Assembly: GCA_963767925.1 (NCBI GenBank)
Contig: CAVYGB010000008.1
Coordinates: forward strand, 2,848,001-2,912,000
DNA length: 64,000 nucleotides
From: an uncultured delta proteobacterium
Lineage (GTDB): Bacteria > Myxococcota_A > Polyangia > Fen-1088
Direction: 5' to 3'
Positions 31,733 to 41,239 of the stretch are shown here, piece by piece (the stretch's first letter is position 1; each line of letters starts with the position of its first letter). The notes under the pieces are model-generated. The model made no database searches. It worked only from the letters and a program-made list of their open reading frames with translations, and had not been told where the DNA came from. The position numbers were made by a program, and so were the translations under genes.

Positions 31733-32490
31733 GCCGCCGCCCAGACCGGCGTCAAGGACGACCTCCCCCTCGCCGTCCTGTGCGACAACGGCCGCGACCT
31801 CGAGCGGATCCCCTCGAGCCTGAGCGACTTCATGCTCTACGGCGGCATCCACCGCCCGGTCAACCTGGTCCACGTGCCCGCGGTCTCGCTCCAGCGCGTC
31901 CTGGTGGACAGCGCGGTCGATCTGTCCCGGAGCCGGTCCGCTGGGGGACCCGCGACGAGAACAAGATGATCAAGGTCTACTCGAACTGCCCCGAGGTGGA
32001 GCTGTTCGTCAACGGCCGCTCGGCCGGCCGGAAGAAGCGGGTCAGCGCCGACTTCCCGGCCGCCGGCCTGCGCTGGCTGGTCCGCCTGCGCGACGGCCAG
32101 AACGAGCTGCGGGCGGTCGGCCAGCAGGGCGGCGTCGAGGTGACCGACAAGATCGCCCTCACCTACCAGACCGCCCGCTGGGACAAGCCCGCGCGCCTCG
32201 TGCTCGAGGCCGGCAAGACCGAGGACGACCTGGTGACCTTGCAGGTGCGCTGCCTGGACCGCAAGGGCGTGCTCTGCCTGGACGCCCGCAACCCGGTGCG
32301 CTTCGGGCTGACCGGCGACGGCCGCCTGCTCGACAACCTGGGGACCTCGATGGGGGCCCGCCAGGTCGAGCTCTACAACGGCCGGGCTTTCATCTCGGCC
32401 CGGCTCGCGGGGGGCGTCTCGGTGGTGAGCGTGTCGTCGAAAAACCTGCCCACCGCCCTGCTCACGCTGGGTCCGCGTCGGCGGGCCTGA
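31733..32490 (+). pseudogene. GH2 (beta-galactosidase-like) remnant lacking N-terminus and catalytic barrel
   Basis: AVLCDN...SDFMLYGGIHRPV (sugar-binding domain end) joined out of frame near 31933 to KVYSNCPEVELFVNG and C-terminal Ig domains. Confidence 0.75.
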
Positions 32491-33673
32491 GCCCCCGCTT
32501 CGGGAAGAACCGGCGCCAGGCCAGGGCGAAGCCCGTCCAGACCAGCAAGGTGGCGCCAAGCGAGACCAGCCCGGCGGCGAGCTGGCCGGGCCAGCCCAGC
32601 GCCTCGCCGGTGTGGAGGAACCGCAGCCACAAGCGCACCTTCCGGTCCTTCTTCTGATCGCCGTAGCCCTCCCGGCGCAGCACCTTGGCGGTGAAGGGAT
32701 CGAGCGAGACGGTCAGGCTCGAGAACAGCGGCCAGACATCGGTCGGCTTGACCGAGAAGACGAGCGCCTGCGGCTTGCGCGCAGCCGGAGGTCCTCCCCC
32801 CCTGGCGCCGCCGCCTGGCGGCGCTGCCGCGGGCATCCGGTAGGTGATGGTCTTGTAGCTCGGCACCTCGACCGCCGCCGCCGCGAACAGCCGATCGATC
32901 GGCAGCGGGCGCGCGCCTGGAGGCGGGGGTGGCACCGGCACCGGCGCGGCGGCCCCCGGGCCCCGCACCGTGGGGATGGGGTCGCCGGTGACCCGGGAGA
33001 TGAGGTTCGAGAACCAGGCGTACGAGATCATCATCCCCGAGGCGGTGACGACGATGATCACCGGCAGGGACCAGAAGCCGGTCACGTTGTGCCAGTTGAA
33101 GTCGCGCGCCCGCCCCGAGATCCCCGGCCGGAACCAGAGCGACAGGCGCAGGGCCCGCCCGGTCCAGCGGCGCGGCCACCAGAGGTAGAGCCCCGACAGC
33201 GCCAGGGACAGGAAGGCCGCGTTGCAGGCGCCGGTGATGGCCCGGCCGATGGCCCGCTTTTCCCCGGAGAAGCCCAGGGCCCGGTGCCAGTCGATCACGA
33301 CCTGGAAGAAGGTGCGCCAGCCCGACCCCTCGAAGGCCCGGGCCTGCCCGGTGTAGGGGTTGACGTGAAACCCGTCGCGCCGGCCGGTGACGACCCGGAC
33401 CGCCGAGGTCGGGTCGGCGTGGACCACCACCGCGACCGGCGGCGCCGCGGGCGTCGCCTTCCGGACGACGTCGAGCAGCTCGTCCATCGGGCGCCGGGGC
33501 GTCCCCGGCGGGGGGGCCTCGATGCGCTGGGTGCCGCGATCGATCCACTCCATGATCTGCGGCTCGAAGGCCATCACCGCCCCGGTGCCGCCCATGACGG
33601 CGACGACGAGCCCGGCGCCCAGGCCGGTACCGAGGTGGATCCAGAAGATGATCGTGCGCAACCTGTGCTTCAT
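32462..33673 (-). CDS. PepSY-associated TM helix protein (PiuB/FoxB-like)
   Basis: FWIHL..GL, VNPYTG, DWHR.L, SGLYLWWP, WHNVTG, LHTGE; conserved membrane His residues. Confidence 0.9.
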   Translation of the reverse strand: MKHRLRTIIFWIHLGTGLGAGLVVAVMGGTGAVMAFEPQIMEWIDRGTQRIEAPPPGTPRRPMDELLDVVRKATPAAPPVAVVVHADPTSAVRVVTGRRDGFHVNPYTGQARAFEGSGWRTFFQVVIDWHRALGFSGEKRAIGRAITGACNAAFLSLALSGLYLWWPRRWTGRALRLSLWFRPGISGRARDFNWHNVTGFWSLPVIIVVTASGMMISYAWFSNLISRVTGDPIPTVRGPGAAAPVPVPPPPPGARPLPIDRLFAAAAVEVPSYKTITYRMPAAAPPGGGARGGGPPAARKPQALVFSVKPTDVWPLFSSLTVSLDPFTAKVLRREGYGDQKKDRKVRLWLRFLHTGEALGWPGQLAAGLVSLGATLLVWTGFALAWRRFFPKRGLRPADADPA

Positions 33674-33679
33674 GGTCGG

Positions 33680-34384
33680 TCACCGCAACGAGAACTGAAA
33701 CGGGACCTCGATGACCACCCGCACCGGCCGTCCCACATGGCCGATGGCAGGGGAAAAACGCCACTTCCCGATGGCCGCGATGGCGGCCGCGTCCAGCGCG
33801 GGCACCGAGCGGACCACCACGGTCCGATCCGGCTCCAGCCGCCCGTCCATCCCGACCACCACCCGCAGCAAGACCAGGCCGACGATCCGGTCGTAGCGGG
33901 CTGCCCGGGGATACTCCGGGACCACCTGCTCGAGGACCGAAGGGGGGCGCGCCACCTCGCGCAGCTCGTGGATGGCGTCGCCGCTGACGCCGGTGAACCC
34001 GGCCGGCGCCGGCGGTCCCGCCGGGTCGATCTCGGTCTCGCCGGGTGGCTCCTCCGGCTCCTCGGGCTCGGGTGGGGGCGGCGGCTCGGGCGGCGGCTGC
34101 TGTACGATCGCGAGCGGCTGCACCACCGGTCGGGGCCGCGGGCGGGGCCGCGCGGGCGGAGGCGCCGCCGCGGGTGGGCGGACTGGTCGCGGCGGAGCGA
34201 AGCGGAGGAGCACCGGCTCGGCCGGAGGCTCCGGCTGCGGCTCGGCCGCGGGGCGGGCGAAGATCAGCCCCAGCACCACGCCGGCGTGGGCCGCCAGGGA
34301 GGCCACCAGACCCAGGCGCCGCCGGCCGCGACTCCGCTTGCGCGCGCCGGCCTCCGCCAGCAAGGCGCGGCCGAAGTCGCTCAC
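33680..34384 (-). CDS. tonB: TonB energy transducer
   Basis: SLAAH TM motif, Pro-rich linker, YP..AR, WRFSPA. Confidence 0.85.
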   Translation of the reverse strand: MSDFGRALLAEAGARKRSRGRRRLGLVASLAAHAGVVLGLIFARPAAEPQPEPPAEPVLLRFAPPRPVRPPAAAPPPARPRPRPRPVVQPLAIVQQPPPEPPPPPEPEEPEEPPGETEIDPAGPPAPAGFTGVSGDAIHELREVARPPSVLEQVVPEYPRAARYDRIVGLVLLRVVVGMDGRLEPDRTVVVRSVPALDAAAIAAIGKWRFSPAIGHVGRPVRVVIEVPFQFSLR

Positions 34385-35061
34385 GGCTCGGACCAGCGCC
34401 GCAGGAGGTTGTGGTACACGCCGGTCAGGACCACCAGGGCCGGGCTCTCGGCCTGCGTCTTGTTGAGCTCGACGATGGCCATGTCGAGATCGAAGAGCAG
34501 GGCCCGCTGGCCCGTGTCCCGCACCAGGCTCTGCACCCAGAAGAACGAGGCCAGCCGCTCGCCGCCGGTCACCGGGGTGACGTGGTGGAGACTGGAGGCC
34601 GGGTAGACGATGAGATCGCCCGCCGGCAGCTTGACGCTGTGGCTGCCGTAGGTGTCCTCCACCACCAGCTCGCCCCCTTCGTAGCTGTCGGGATCGGAGA
34701 GGAACAGCGTCGCCGAGACGTCGGTGCGCAGCCGCTCGGCGCTGCCCGGGATCGGGCGGATGGCGTTGTCGACGTGCGAGCCGAAGCTCATGTCGGGGGC
34801 ATAGCGGTTGAACAGCGGGGGAAACACCCGCTGCGGCAACACCGAGGACAGGAACAGGGGGTTGCGCTCGAGCGCCGCAAGCACCGCGTCCCCCAGCTTG
34901 CGCGCCACCGGGCTCCCCTCGCGGACCTGGCGGTTCTGCTTTACCCGCCCGGACTGGTGGCCGGCCGTCTCCCGGCCGTCCACCCAGTCCGCCCCCGCGA
35001 GGGCCGCGCGGAAGCGCGCCACCTCCTCCGCGCCGAACACCTCGGGGACCTGGACCATCAT
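34381..35061 (-). CDS. piuC: PKHD-type Fe(II)/2OG hydroxylase PiuC/YbiX
   Basis: [56 protein letters not shown]. Confidence 0.93.
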   Translation of the reverse strand: MMVQVPEVFGAEEVARFRAALAGADWVDGRETAGHQSGRVKQNRQVREGSPVARKLGDAVLAALERNPLFLSSVLPQRVFPPLFNRYAPDMSFGSHVDNAIRPIPGSAERLRTDVSATLFLSDPDSYEGGELVVEDTYGSHSVKLPAGDLIVYPASSLHHVTPVTGGERLASFFWVQSLVRDTGQRALLFDLDMAIVELNKTQAESPALVVLTGVYHNLLRRWSEP

Positions 35062-35104
35062 CGGCGCGAAAGGTTCTCAGGATGGCTCCCCGAGCAACGT
35101 TTGC

Positions 35105-37456
35105 TCAGAGCCGGACGCGGGCGGTCATCAGCACCACCCGTCCCTCGGCGGGCACCGCCTGGCTGCCCGAAGATTGCTCGTAGTAGAGCGCGTCGGTCAG
35201 GTTGGACAGGTTGACCTGCAGGTCGAGGTGGGGGAAGGCGTAGCTCACGAAGGCGTCGAGCCGCACGAAGTCCGGCACCTTGTTGAGCGGCAGCATCTCG
35301 GAGGCCGGGTTGTTGACCACCGTCTCGGCCTGGTAGGCCGCACCGGCGCCCACCACCAGGTTCGACAGCATCCCGAAGGTGCTCCAGAACGACAGGCTGT
35401 GGGCGGGGGTGTTGGGCAGGCGCTGGCCGACCAGGTACGGGCTTGTGTGCCGGCGGATGCGGGACTGCAGATAGGTGTAAGAGCCGATGAGCTTGAGCCG
35501 CTCGATCGGGCTGCCGGTGGCCCCGACGTTGACCCCCTGCACGCGCTGCCGTCCGAACAGGATCTGGGGCGGGCCGTTCATCGGGTCGAGGCCCGGCACC
35601 CGGGCGTTGGTCTTGGCGATGCGGAAGACCGAGCCGCCCAGCCCGAGCCGTTCACCCAGCAGGTCGGCCTTGGCCCCCAGCTCGTAGATCACGTTCTTCT
35701 CGGGCTCGAGGCTGACCGTGGCGTCCGACAGGGTCCCCGCCTCGGCCGAGGGGTTGGTCGAGGTCCCCACCATGGCGTACAGGCTGGTCTTCTCCAGGGG
35801 GTGGCCCACCACGCCGCCCCGCCAGTTGACGAGCAGGTCGCGGTTCTCGAGCTCGCTCTCGCCCATCGGGTTGATGAGCGAATAGCTGGTCACGAACGAC
35901 TCCAGCCGGACCGAGCCCAGCACCTCGAGGAACTTCGTGATCTGGACCTGGTCGGAGGCGTAGATCGCCCCCGCGAGCTGGGTGCCCCGGCTCCAGCTGC
36001 TGAACAGCCGCTCGAGCGAGGAGGTGTCGGGGGCGTGGTCCGGGTTGCGCAGATCGGCCGAGAGGTTGGTGGCGGTGCCCATCGCCCCCATCACCGAGAG
36101 GTTGTAGCGCTGCTGCGTCCGCTTCTCCCAGGACAGCTCCATCCCCAGGTTGGCCACGTGTTTGAGGAAGGCGGTGACCCCCTCGAGCCGCAGGTCGGTC
36201 TGGTTGACCACCCCTTCGTGGTCGGTCTCGCTCTCGAAGCGCTGGCGCCCGATGCTGGTCGGGTTGTCGAGCGGGGCGAGGTTGCGGGGCGCCGTCGGCA
36301 GGGCGAAGCGGTCGACCCGCCCCCAGCGGAGGGCGCTGGTGAGCTGGGCGTTCTTGCTGAAGACGTGCTGGACCCGGGCGCTGGCGACGTGGGCGTCGAC
36401 CTCCTCCTTGTCCGACCCGGCGACGCCGTAAAAGGCGCTGCGGGAGACCCCCATCGACGGGATCGACGACACGGGCGAGCCGTTGTGAAAGGGCTGGCCG
36501 TAGTCGGGGGTGGAGCGCTCGCGCTGGTAGAGGTAGTCCACCCCCAGCGTGGTGCGGCCGAACTCCAGTCTGAAGGAAGGGGCCAGGCCGGCCCGGTTCC
36601 GCTCGATACTGTCCCGGCCCTGCACGCCGCCGGCCTGCCCCATGGCGTTGACCCGCACCTGCACCTTGTCGAACAGGACGTGGTTGACGTCGGCCTCGAT
36701 GCGCCCCTGGGGCGCGGTCCCGGCGCTCAGGCTCACGTCGGCGAAGGTGCCCTTGCGGGGCGTCTTGGTCACCAGGTTGACCGCGCCGCCGGTCGAGCCG
36801 CGCCCGAACAGCACCGAGGAGGGGCCGAAGAACACCTCCACGCCCTCGAGGTTGAAGGTGTCGCGCGTGAACCAGCCGAGGTCGCGGCTGCCGTCGCGGA
36901 ACATGTCGGTCTGCCCGGAGAAGCCGCGCAGGATGAAGGTGTCACCCTGGCGCCCGCCTTCGCCGGCGCTGATGGTGATGCCCGAGACGTTGCGGAGGGC
37001 GTCGCGGACCGTGGTGGCCCGCTGCTCCTCGAGCACCTTCTCCGGCACCACCGTGATCTGCTGGGGCGTGTCCCGCAGGGGAGTGGCCAGGCGTGGCACC
37101 CGGCTCTGCTCGGTGCGGTAGCCCTCGGCCTCGCCCTCCACCTGCACGGTGGGGAGCACCAGGGGGGGCGCCTGATCGGACGCGGTGGTGGGGCCTTCGC
37201 CGGGCGGCGCGGGGGTCGGCGCGGCGGCCGAGGCCAGAGACGAGGGGGCCGCCGGGCTGCTGGCTACCGGCTGCTCGGGCGGGGCGGCGGCGGGTGGATC
37301 CTGGGCGGCCCGGGCGACGGCGCTGCCGCCGGCGAGGGCGGACACCAGGCTCACGGCCCGGCCGAGCGGACCGAACGATTCGAGCAATGTCCCGCGGAGG
37401 CCGCTCTGGGCTCGAATACCGCTACGGTTCCGGATCGGCGTCTTCTTCGCTGCCAT
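35105..37456 (-). CDS. TonB-dependent siderophore receptor (Fiu/PiuA-like)
   Basis: DTPQQITVV, DALRNVSGIT..AGEGG, IRGF-like LRGF, GRGSTGGAVN, NLTD.LYY. Confidence 0.92.
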   Translation of the reverse strand: MAAKKTPIRNRSGIRAQSGLRGTLLESFGPLGRAVSLVSALAGGSAVARAAQDPPAAAPPEQPVASSPAAPSSLASAAAPTPAPPGEGPTTASDQAPPLVLPTVQVEGEAEGYRTEQSRVPRLATPLRDTPQQITVVPEKVLEEQRATTVRDALRNVSGITISAGEGGRQGDTFILRGFSGQTDMFRDGSRDLGWFTRDTFNLEGVEVFFGPSSVLFGRGSTGGAVNLVTKTPRKGTFADVSLSAGTAPQGRIEADVNHVLFDKVQVRVNAMGQAGGVQGRDSIERNRAGLAPSFRLEFGRTTLGVDYLYQRERSTPDYGQPFHNGSPVSSIPSMGVSRSAFYGVAGSDKEEVDAHVASARVQHVFSKNAQLTSALRWGRVDRFALPTAPRNLAPLDNPTSIGRQRFESETDHEGVVNQTDLRLEGVTAFLKHVANLGMELSWEKRTQQRYNLSVMGAMGTATNLSADLRNPDHAPDTSSLERLFSSWSRGTQLAGAIYASDQVQITKFLEVLGSVRLESFVTSYSLINPMGESELENRDLLVNWRGGVVGHPLEKTSLYAMVGTSTNPSAEAGTLSDATVSLEPEKNVIYELGAKADLLGERLGLGGSVFRIAKTNARVPGLDPMNGPPQILFGRQRVQGVNVGATGSPIERLKLIGSYTYLQSRIRRHTSPYLVGQRLPNTPAHSLSFWSTFGMLSNLVVGAGAAYQAETVVNNPASEMLPLNKVPDFVRLDAFVSYAFPHLDLQVNLSNLTDALYYEQSSGSQAVPAEGRVVLMTARVRL

Positions 37457-37486
37457 GGGTCGGTTCTCCTGGGTGGCGGGTAAACC

Positions 37487-37573
37487 TGAAATTGATTTTC
37501 AGGTTCATCACAGCCTTCAATACACGCCGGCCCGGAGGCCTGTCAATAGATCCGAAATTGATTATTGTTATCA
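37487..37573 (-). promoter_or_regulatory. Two Fur-type boxes flanking a TTGACA
   Basis: Plus-strand TGAAATTGATTTTCAGGTTCA (37487-37507) and CGAAATTGATTATTGTTATCA (37553-37573); TGTCAA at 37541-37546. Confidence 0.82.
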
Positions 37574-37629
37574 ACATCGTGGCGGATCGGCCCTCCGACC
37601 CGCCGCCGCCTCCCGCCGGGAGAGCCCGC

Positions 37630-39819
37630 TCAGAACGAGGACTTCACCCCCGCCTGCAGCCAGCGGGGGGCGATCGGGCGGGCGCCGAAGGGACGGCGGG
37701 AGGCGATGTCCTGGGCGTTGGTCAGGTTGCGCAGGTGCAGGTAGGCCTGGGTGCTCCCGTAGACCTGGGCCCGCACGCCGGCCTCGATGACCAGGGCCGC
37801 ATCGGTGGAGAAGTCCGGGTCGAAGGCCCCCTGCCCGGCCTCCTCGCGCATCTGGCTGGTGTAGCTGATGCCGGCGGAGAAGCCGACGCGGCCGGTCTCG
37901 ACGGCGGCGGACACGGCACCCTGGTGCTGCGGGACGTAGGGCAGCTGGTCGCCGGCCTGCACGCTGCCGAGCTGCGGGTCCTCGGAGACGAACGACGAGG
38001 CCAGGCGCGTGCGGGTGAAGCCGTAAGCGAGCGTCACCGGGACGTTGATGCCGGGCCGGGGCTGCCAGGCGGTCTGTCCGAACAGCTCGACGCCCCAGAT
38101 CGTGGCTCGCCCCGCGTTGAACTGGCGATCGACGAGCTCCTCGGCGCAGCCGCTGGCCTGGGTGCAGACGCTGATCAGGTTGCGGTAGTCGTTGAAAAAG
38201 CCGATGGCCTCGGCCCGCAGGCGCCGGTTGCCGAAGCGGGCCCCCGCCTCGTAGTTCCAGCTCGTCTCGGGCCGGGCGCCGTCCACCAGCGAGGGGGCCG
38301 CCGGGGAGAACCCCCGGTAGGCGCCGGCCAGCAGGCCCACCGTGGGCGTCAGCTCGTAGAAAGCGCCCGCGCCCGGGATCAGGACGCCCTGGCGGGTCGA
38401 GTTGGCCGGCAGCTCCTGGCGGCGGTCGAGCAGCCGCATGCGGATCAGCTCGAAGCGCAGTCCGGGCGTCAGGGTGAGCTTGCGCCAGGTGACGGCGTCG
38501 ATCGCGTGCAGGGCCATGGCCGTGCTCGCGCCCCGGCCGTTGGCGGTGATGAGGGTGTCCCCCGGCCCCCGCACGAGGGTCCCGCCCTGGGCGAGGAAGG
38601 GATCCTCGCTGTGCCGCCGCTCGATGGAGTCGAAGTGCAGGCGCGCGCCGATCTCCACCCGCTGGGTTACCGCGCCGCCGAAGCGCAGCCGACCCACCGT
38701 GGCCAGCCCCTCCGAAACGAAGGTGCGGTGGTTGGGCCCGATCCAGATGGCCTCGTCGGGCTGGGCGTCGGGGGCCAGGGTCAACACCCCGTACAGCACC
38801 TGGTTGCGGGCGCTGGTCGGGTCGCGCAGCACGTCCCCGATGGCGGCCGAACCCAGGCGGCTGACCTTGCGCCAGGTGCGGTCGAAGTCGTGGCGGTAGG
38901 CCACCGTCTCGAGGCTGCGGCCGCTGCCGAAGTCGAGCACGTGGCGCAGGGTCCCCTGGGTGCGCAGCCAGGTCATGCGGTCCAGCCGGCTGGCGCCGTA
39001 GCGCCGCCGGGGATTGGCCCGCAGGTCGGCGTCGGAGAGCCCCAGGTAGGTCTCGTTGGATTCCTCGGTCGAGAGCCCCAGCTTGAGCTCGAGGGCGTTG
39101 TGCATGGCCGCCCCCGGCACCGGGACCCAGCGCCCCTTGACCATCACCTCGTTGCGGGCAAAGCCCGTGTCGCCGCCCCCGTCGAGCTCCTTGAACCCGT
39201 CGCTGCGCAGGTGCACCCCCTCGACCAGGACCCCGAAGTGGCGGTTGCTCCAGCCCAGGTGGCCGTGGGCCTTGCCGTAGCCGTATTGCCCGGCGCCCAG
39301 GTCGATGGCCCCCGAGAGGCGCTCCGGGATCCGCCGCGTCACCAGCTCCACCGCGCCGCCGACGGTCTGGGGCCCGAACATGACCGCCCCCGGGCCCTTG
39401 ATCACCCGCACCGAATCCATGCGGGTCATCAGCGGGAAGTAGTAAGCCGCCGGCGCCGAATAGGGCGCCGGCCCGAACAGGACGCCGTCCTCGAGCAGCG
39501 TCACCTTCTTGCTCCGGTCGGGATTGCCCCCCCGGATCCCGATGTTGGGCCGCAGCCCCACCCCGTCCTCGCCGCGGGAGTAGACCCCCGGCACCTGCCT
39601 GAGCACCTGCTCGCTGTTGTCGTGGTCGAACCGCTCGAGCTCCTCGCTCTTGACCACGTGGGCCGACCCGGCGGTCTGCTTCTCCCGGGTGCCGACAACG
39701 GTGAGCTCCTCGATCCGGGCGGGCGGCTCGTCGGCCTGGGCCCGGGCCAGCGAGGGATGAAACACGGCCGCCACGACGGCGGCCACCAGCGATTTTTCGA
39801 TCAAGGTCCTGGACGACAC
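37630..39819 (-). CDS. TonB-dependent receptor (FecA-like)
   Basis: EDGVGLRPNIGIRG, LLEDGV...PAPYSAPAAYYFP, IKGP, LPYVP, RPFGARP, terminal F. Confidence 0.92.
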   Translation of the reverse strand: MSSRTLIEKSLVAAVVAAVFHPSLARAQADEPPARIEELTVVGTREKQTAGSAHVVKSEELERFDHDNSEQVLRQVPGVYSRGEDGVGLRPNIGIRGGNPDRSKKVTLLEDGVLFGPAPYSAPAAYYFPLMTRMDSVRVIKGPGAVMFGPQTVGGAVELVTRRIPERLSGAIDLGAGQYGYGKAHGHLGWSNRHFGVLVEGVHLRSDGFKELDGGGDTGFARNEVMVKGRWVPVPGAAMHNALELKLGLSTEESNETYLGLSDADLRANPRRRYGASRLDRMTWLRTQGTLRHVLDFGSGRSLETVAYRHDFDRTWRKVSRLGSAAIGDVLRDPTSARNQVLYGVLTLAPDAQPDEAIWIGPNHRTFVSEGLATVGRLRFGGAVTQRVEIGARLHFDSIERRHSEDPFLAQGGTLVRGPGDTLITANGRGASTAMALHAIDAVTWRKLTLTPGLRFELIRMRLLDRRQELPANSTRQGVLIPGAGAFYELTPTVGLLAGAYRGFSPAAPSLVDGARPETSWNYEAGARFGNRRLRAEAIGFFNDYRNLISVCTQASGCAEELVDRQFNAGRATIWGVELFGQTAWQPRPGINVPVTLAYGFTRTRLASSFVSEDPQLGSVQAGDQLPYVPQHQGAVSAAVETGRVGFSAGISYTSQMREEAGQGAFDPDFSTDAALVIEAGVRAQVYGSTQAYLHLRNLTNAQDIASRRPFGARPIAPRWLQAGVKSSF

Positions 39820-39850
39820 GGGGATGCCTCGCTTTTAGCCCATTGGGCGG

Positions 39851-41239
39851 TCATTGCACGGCGACGAGCCGGCGGGGACGGTGGGAGGGCGCGCCGAGGA
39901 TCCAGGGCTTGGCCGAGAGGCCCTCCCCCACGCGCCGCAAGTCCACCCGGGGATCGATGAGCAGCTCGGCGCGCCGCCCGTTGAGGGCCACGTGGGCCTC
40001 CGCCCGCACCTCCACCCGGCCGTGACCCTGGCGGTCGTAGTCCGCCCCGATCCGCTGCGCGAGCTGCCAGATCAGATCGGGCTGGGTGGCCATGTCCCGC
40101 TCCTGGTAGGCGCGCAGGTACTGGCCGGGGCTCACCTCCCAGACCCGCCCGCTGGCGGGCGCCCGCACGTGGTAGGTCACGCTGGCGTTCTTCTCGCGCA
40201 CCATCACCCGCCAGGAGAAGCGCATCCCCTGCTCGTGCCACAGGACGTTGCCCCCGTAGGCCAGGTAGCGAAAGGGCAGGACCACCTGCACGGCGGCGAG
40301 GACCGCCAGCCCGGCCAGCGCCACCCGGGGACCGGGAAACATCGCGGCGGGCGCGGCCGGCGCCACGGCGGGGGCCGCGGGTGCCAGCAACCCGAGCCGG
40401 GCCAGCAGGCGGCGGGGCCAGTCCGGCGCGAAGAACACGGTCGCCGCCACGATCATGATGAAGGGGAACATTCCGATCGGGAAGAACAGCGCCGTCAGGC
40501 CGTGGAACACCACCACCACCGCGAAGGCCACCACCCGGGTGCACCGCCAGGCCAGGAAGATCGCGATCGTGCTGTCGAACAGGAAGCCCCCCCAGCTCGC
40601 CAGGTGGGGGGCCAGAGGGTGGGCGAGCAGCGGTCCGATGACCGGCAGGTCGGTCAGCGAGGTGAGCCAGAGCCCGAGCGGCTGCGCCTCGATCAGCCAG
40701 TCCCGCTGCAGCTTGGCCAGCCCCGCGCAGGTGTAGACCAGCGCCACCTGCAGGCGCAGGGCCTGGATCGCCAGGGCGGGCACCGTGTCCCGGGCGATCC
40801 CCGGCCGCAGCCGGGCGTCGAGGGAGAAGGTGGCGCTGGCCGGCAGGAAGGTGAGCAGCAGCGCCAGCAGGCTGACCAGGTAGTAGTGGTTGAGGTAGAG
40901 GGTGACGTCGATGAGCTGCAGGTAGGTGAAGAGGACGAAGTAGAGCGCGATGGCCACCCGGTAAAACAGGCCCACCGTGATCAGCAGCGCCAGCAGGGCC
41001 AGCAGGGCGAAGTGCAAGTACATCCCCCAGGCCGGCCAGGCCTTCACCCAGGTGAACCCCCAGTACTTGAAGTGGAAGGTGGGGGCGACGAAGAAGGTTT
41101 CGATCCAGCCGTACCAGAAGAAGCGCAGGGTCGAGATCAGCGCCAGCAGGCCGAAGCAGACGCGAAAGGCCGCCAGGCCGGCGGCGTCGACCGGCGCCCG
41201 GAGGGCGGCTGCGCGGCTGTCGGCGCGGGCGGCGGGCAT
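39851..41239 (-). CDS. HTTM domain protein, vitamin K-dependent gamma-carboxylase-like (copy 2)
   Basis: LAAFRVCFG, FHFKYWGF.WV, YLNHYYL, VYTCAGLAKLQRDWL, FPIGMFP, GMRFSWRVMVREK, QPDLI, LNGR. Confidence 0.9.
   Translation of the reverse strand: MPAARADSRAAALRAPVDAAGLAAFRVCFGLLALISTLRFFWYGWIETFFVAPTFHFKYWGFTWVKAWPAWGMYLHFALLALLALLITVGLFYRVAIALYFVLFTYLQLIDVTLYLNHYYLVSLLALLLTFLPASATFSLDARLRPGIARDTVPALAIQALRLQVALVYTCAGLAKLQRDWLIEAQPLGLWLTSLTDLPVIGPLLAHPLAPHLASWGGFLFDSTIAIFLAWRCTRVVAFAVVVVFHGLTALFFPIGMFPFIMIVAATVFFAPDWPRRLLARLGLLAPAAPAVAPAAPAAMFPGPRVALAGLAVLAAVQVVLPFRYLAYGGNVLWHEQGMRFSWRVMVREKNASVTYHVRAPASGRVWEVSPGQYLRAYQERDMATQPDLIWQLAQRIGADYDRQGHGRVEVRAEAHVALNGRRAELLIDPRVDLRRVGEGLSAKPWILGAPSHRPRRLVAVQ

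Noticed and set aside
37457..37629. Cobalamin riboswitch before a TonB-dependent receptor
   Set aside because: No B12-box motifs; the space is explained by Fur-type boxes and a -35
34808..39960. Very long plus-strand ORFs (891 and 955 aa) and similar shadow ORFs throughout
   Set aside because: Antisense or off-frame shadows of clear genes, expected at this GC content, with no recognisable motifs
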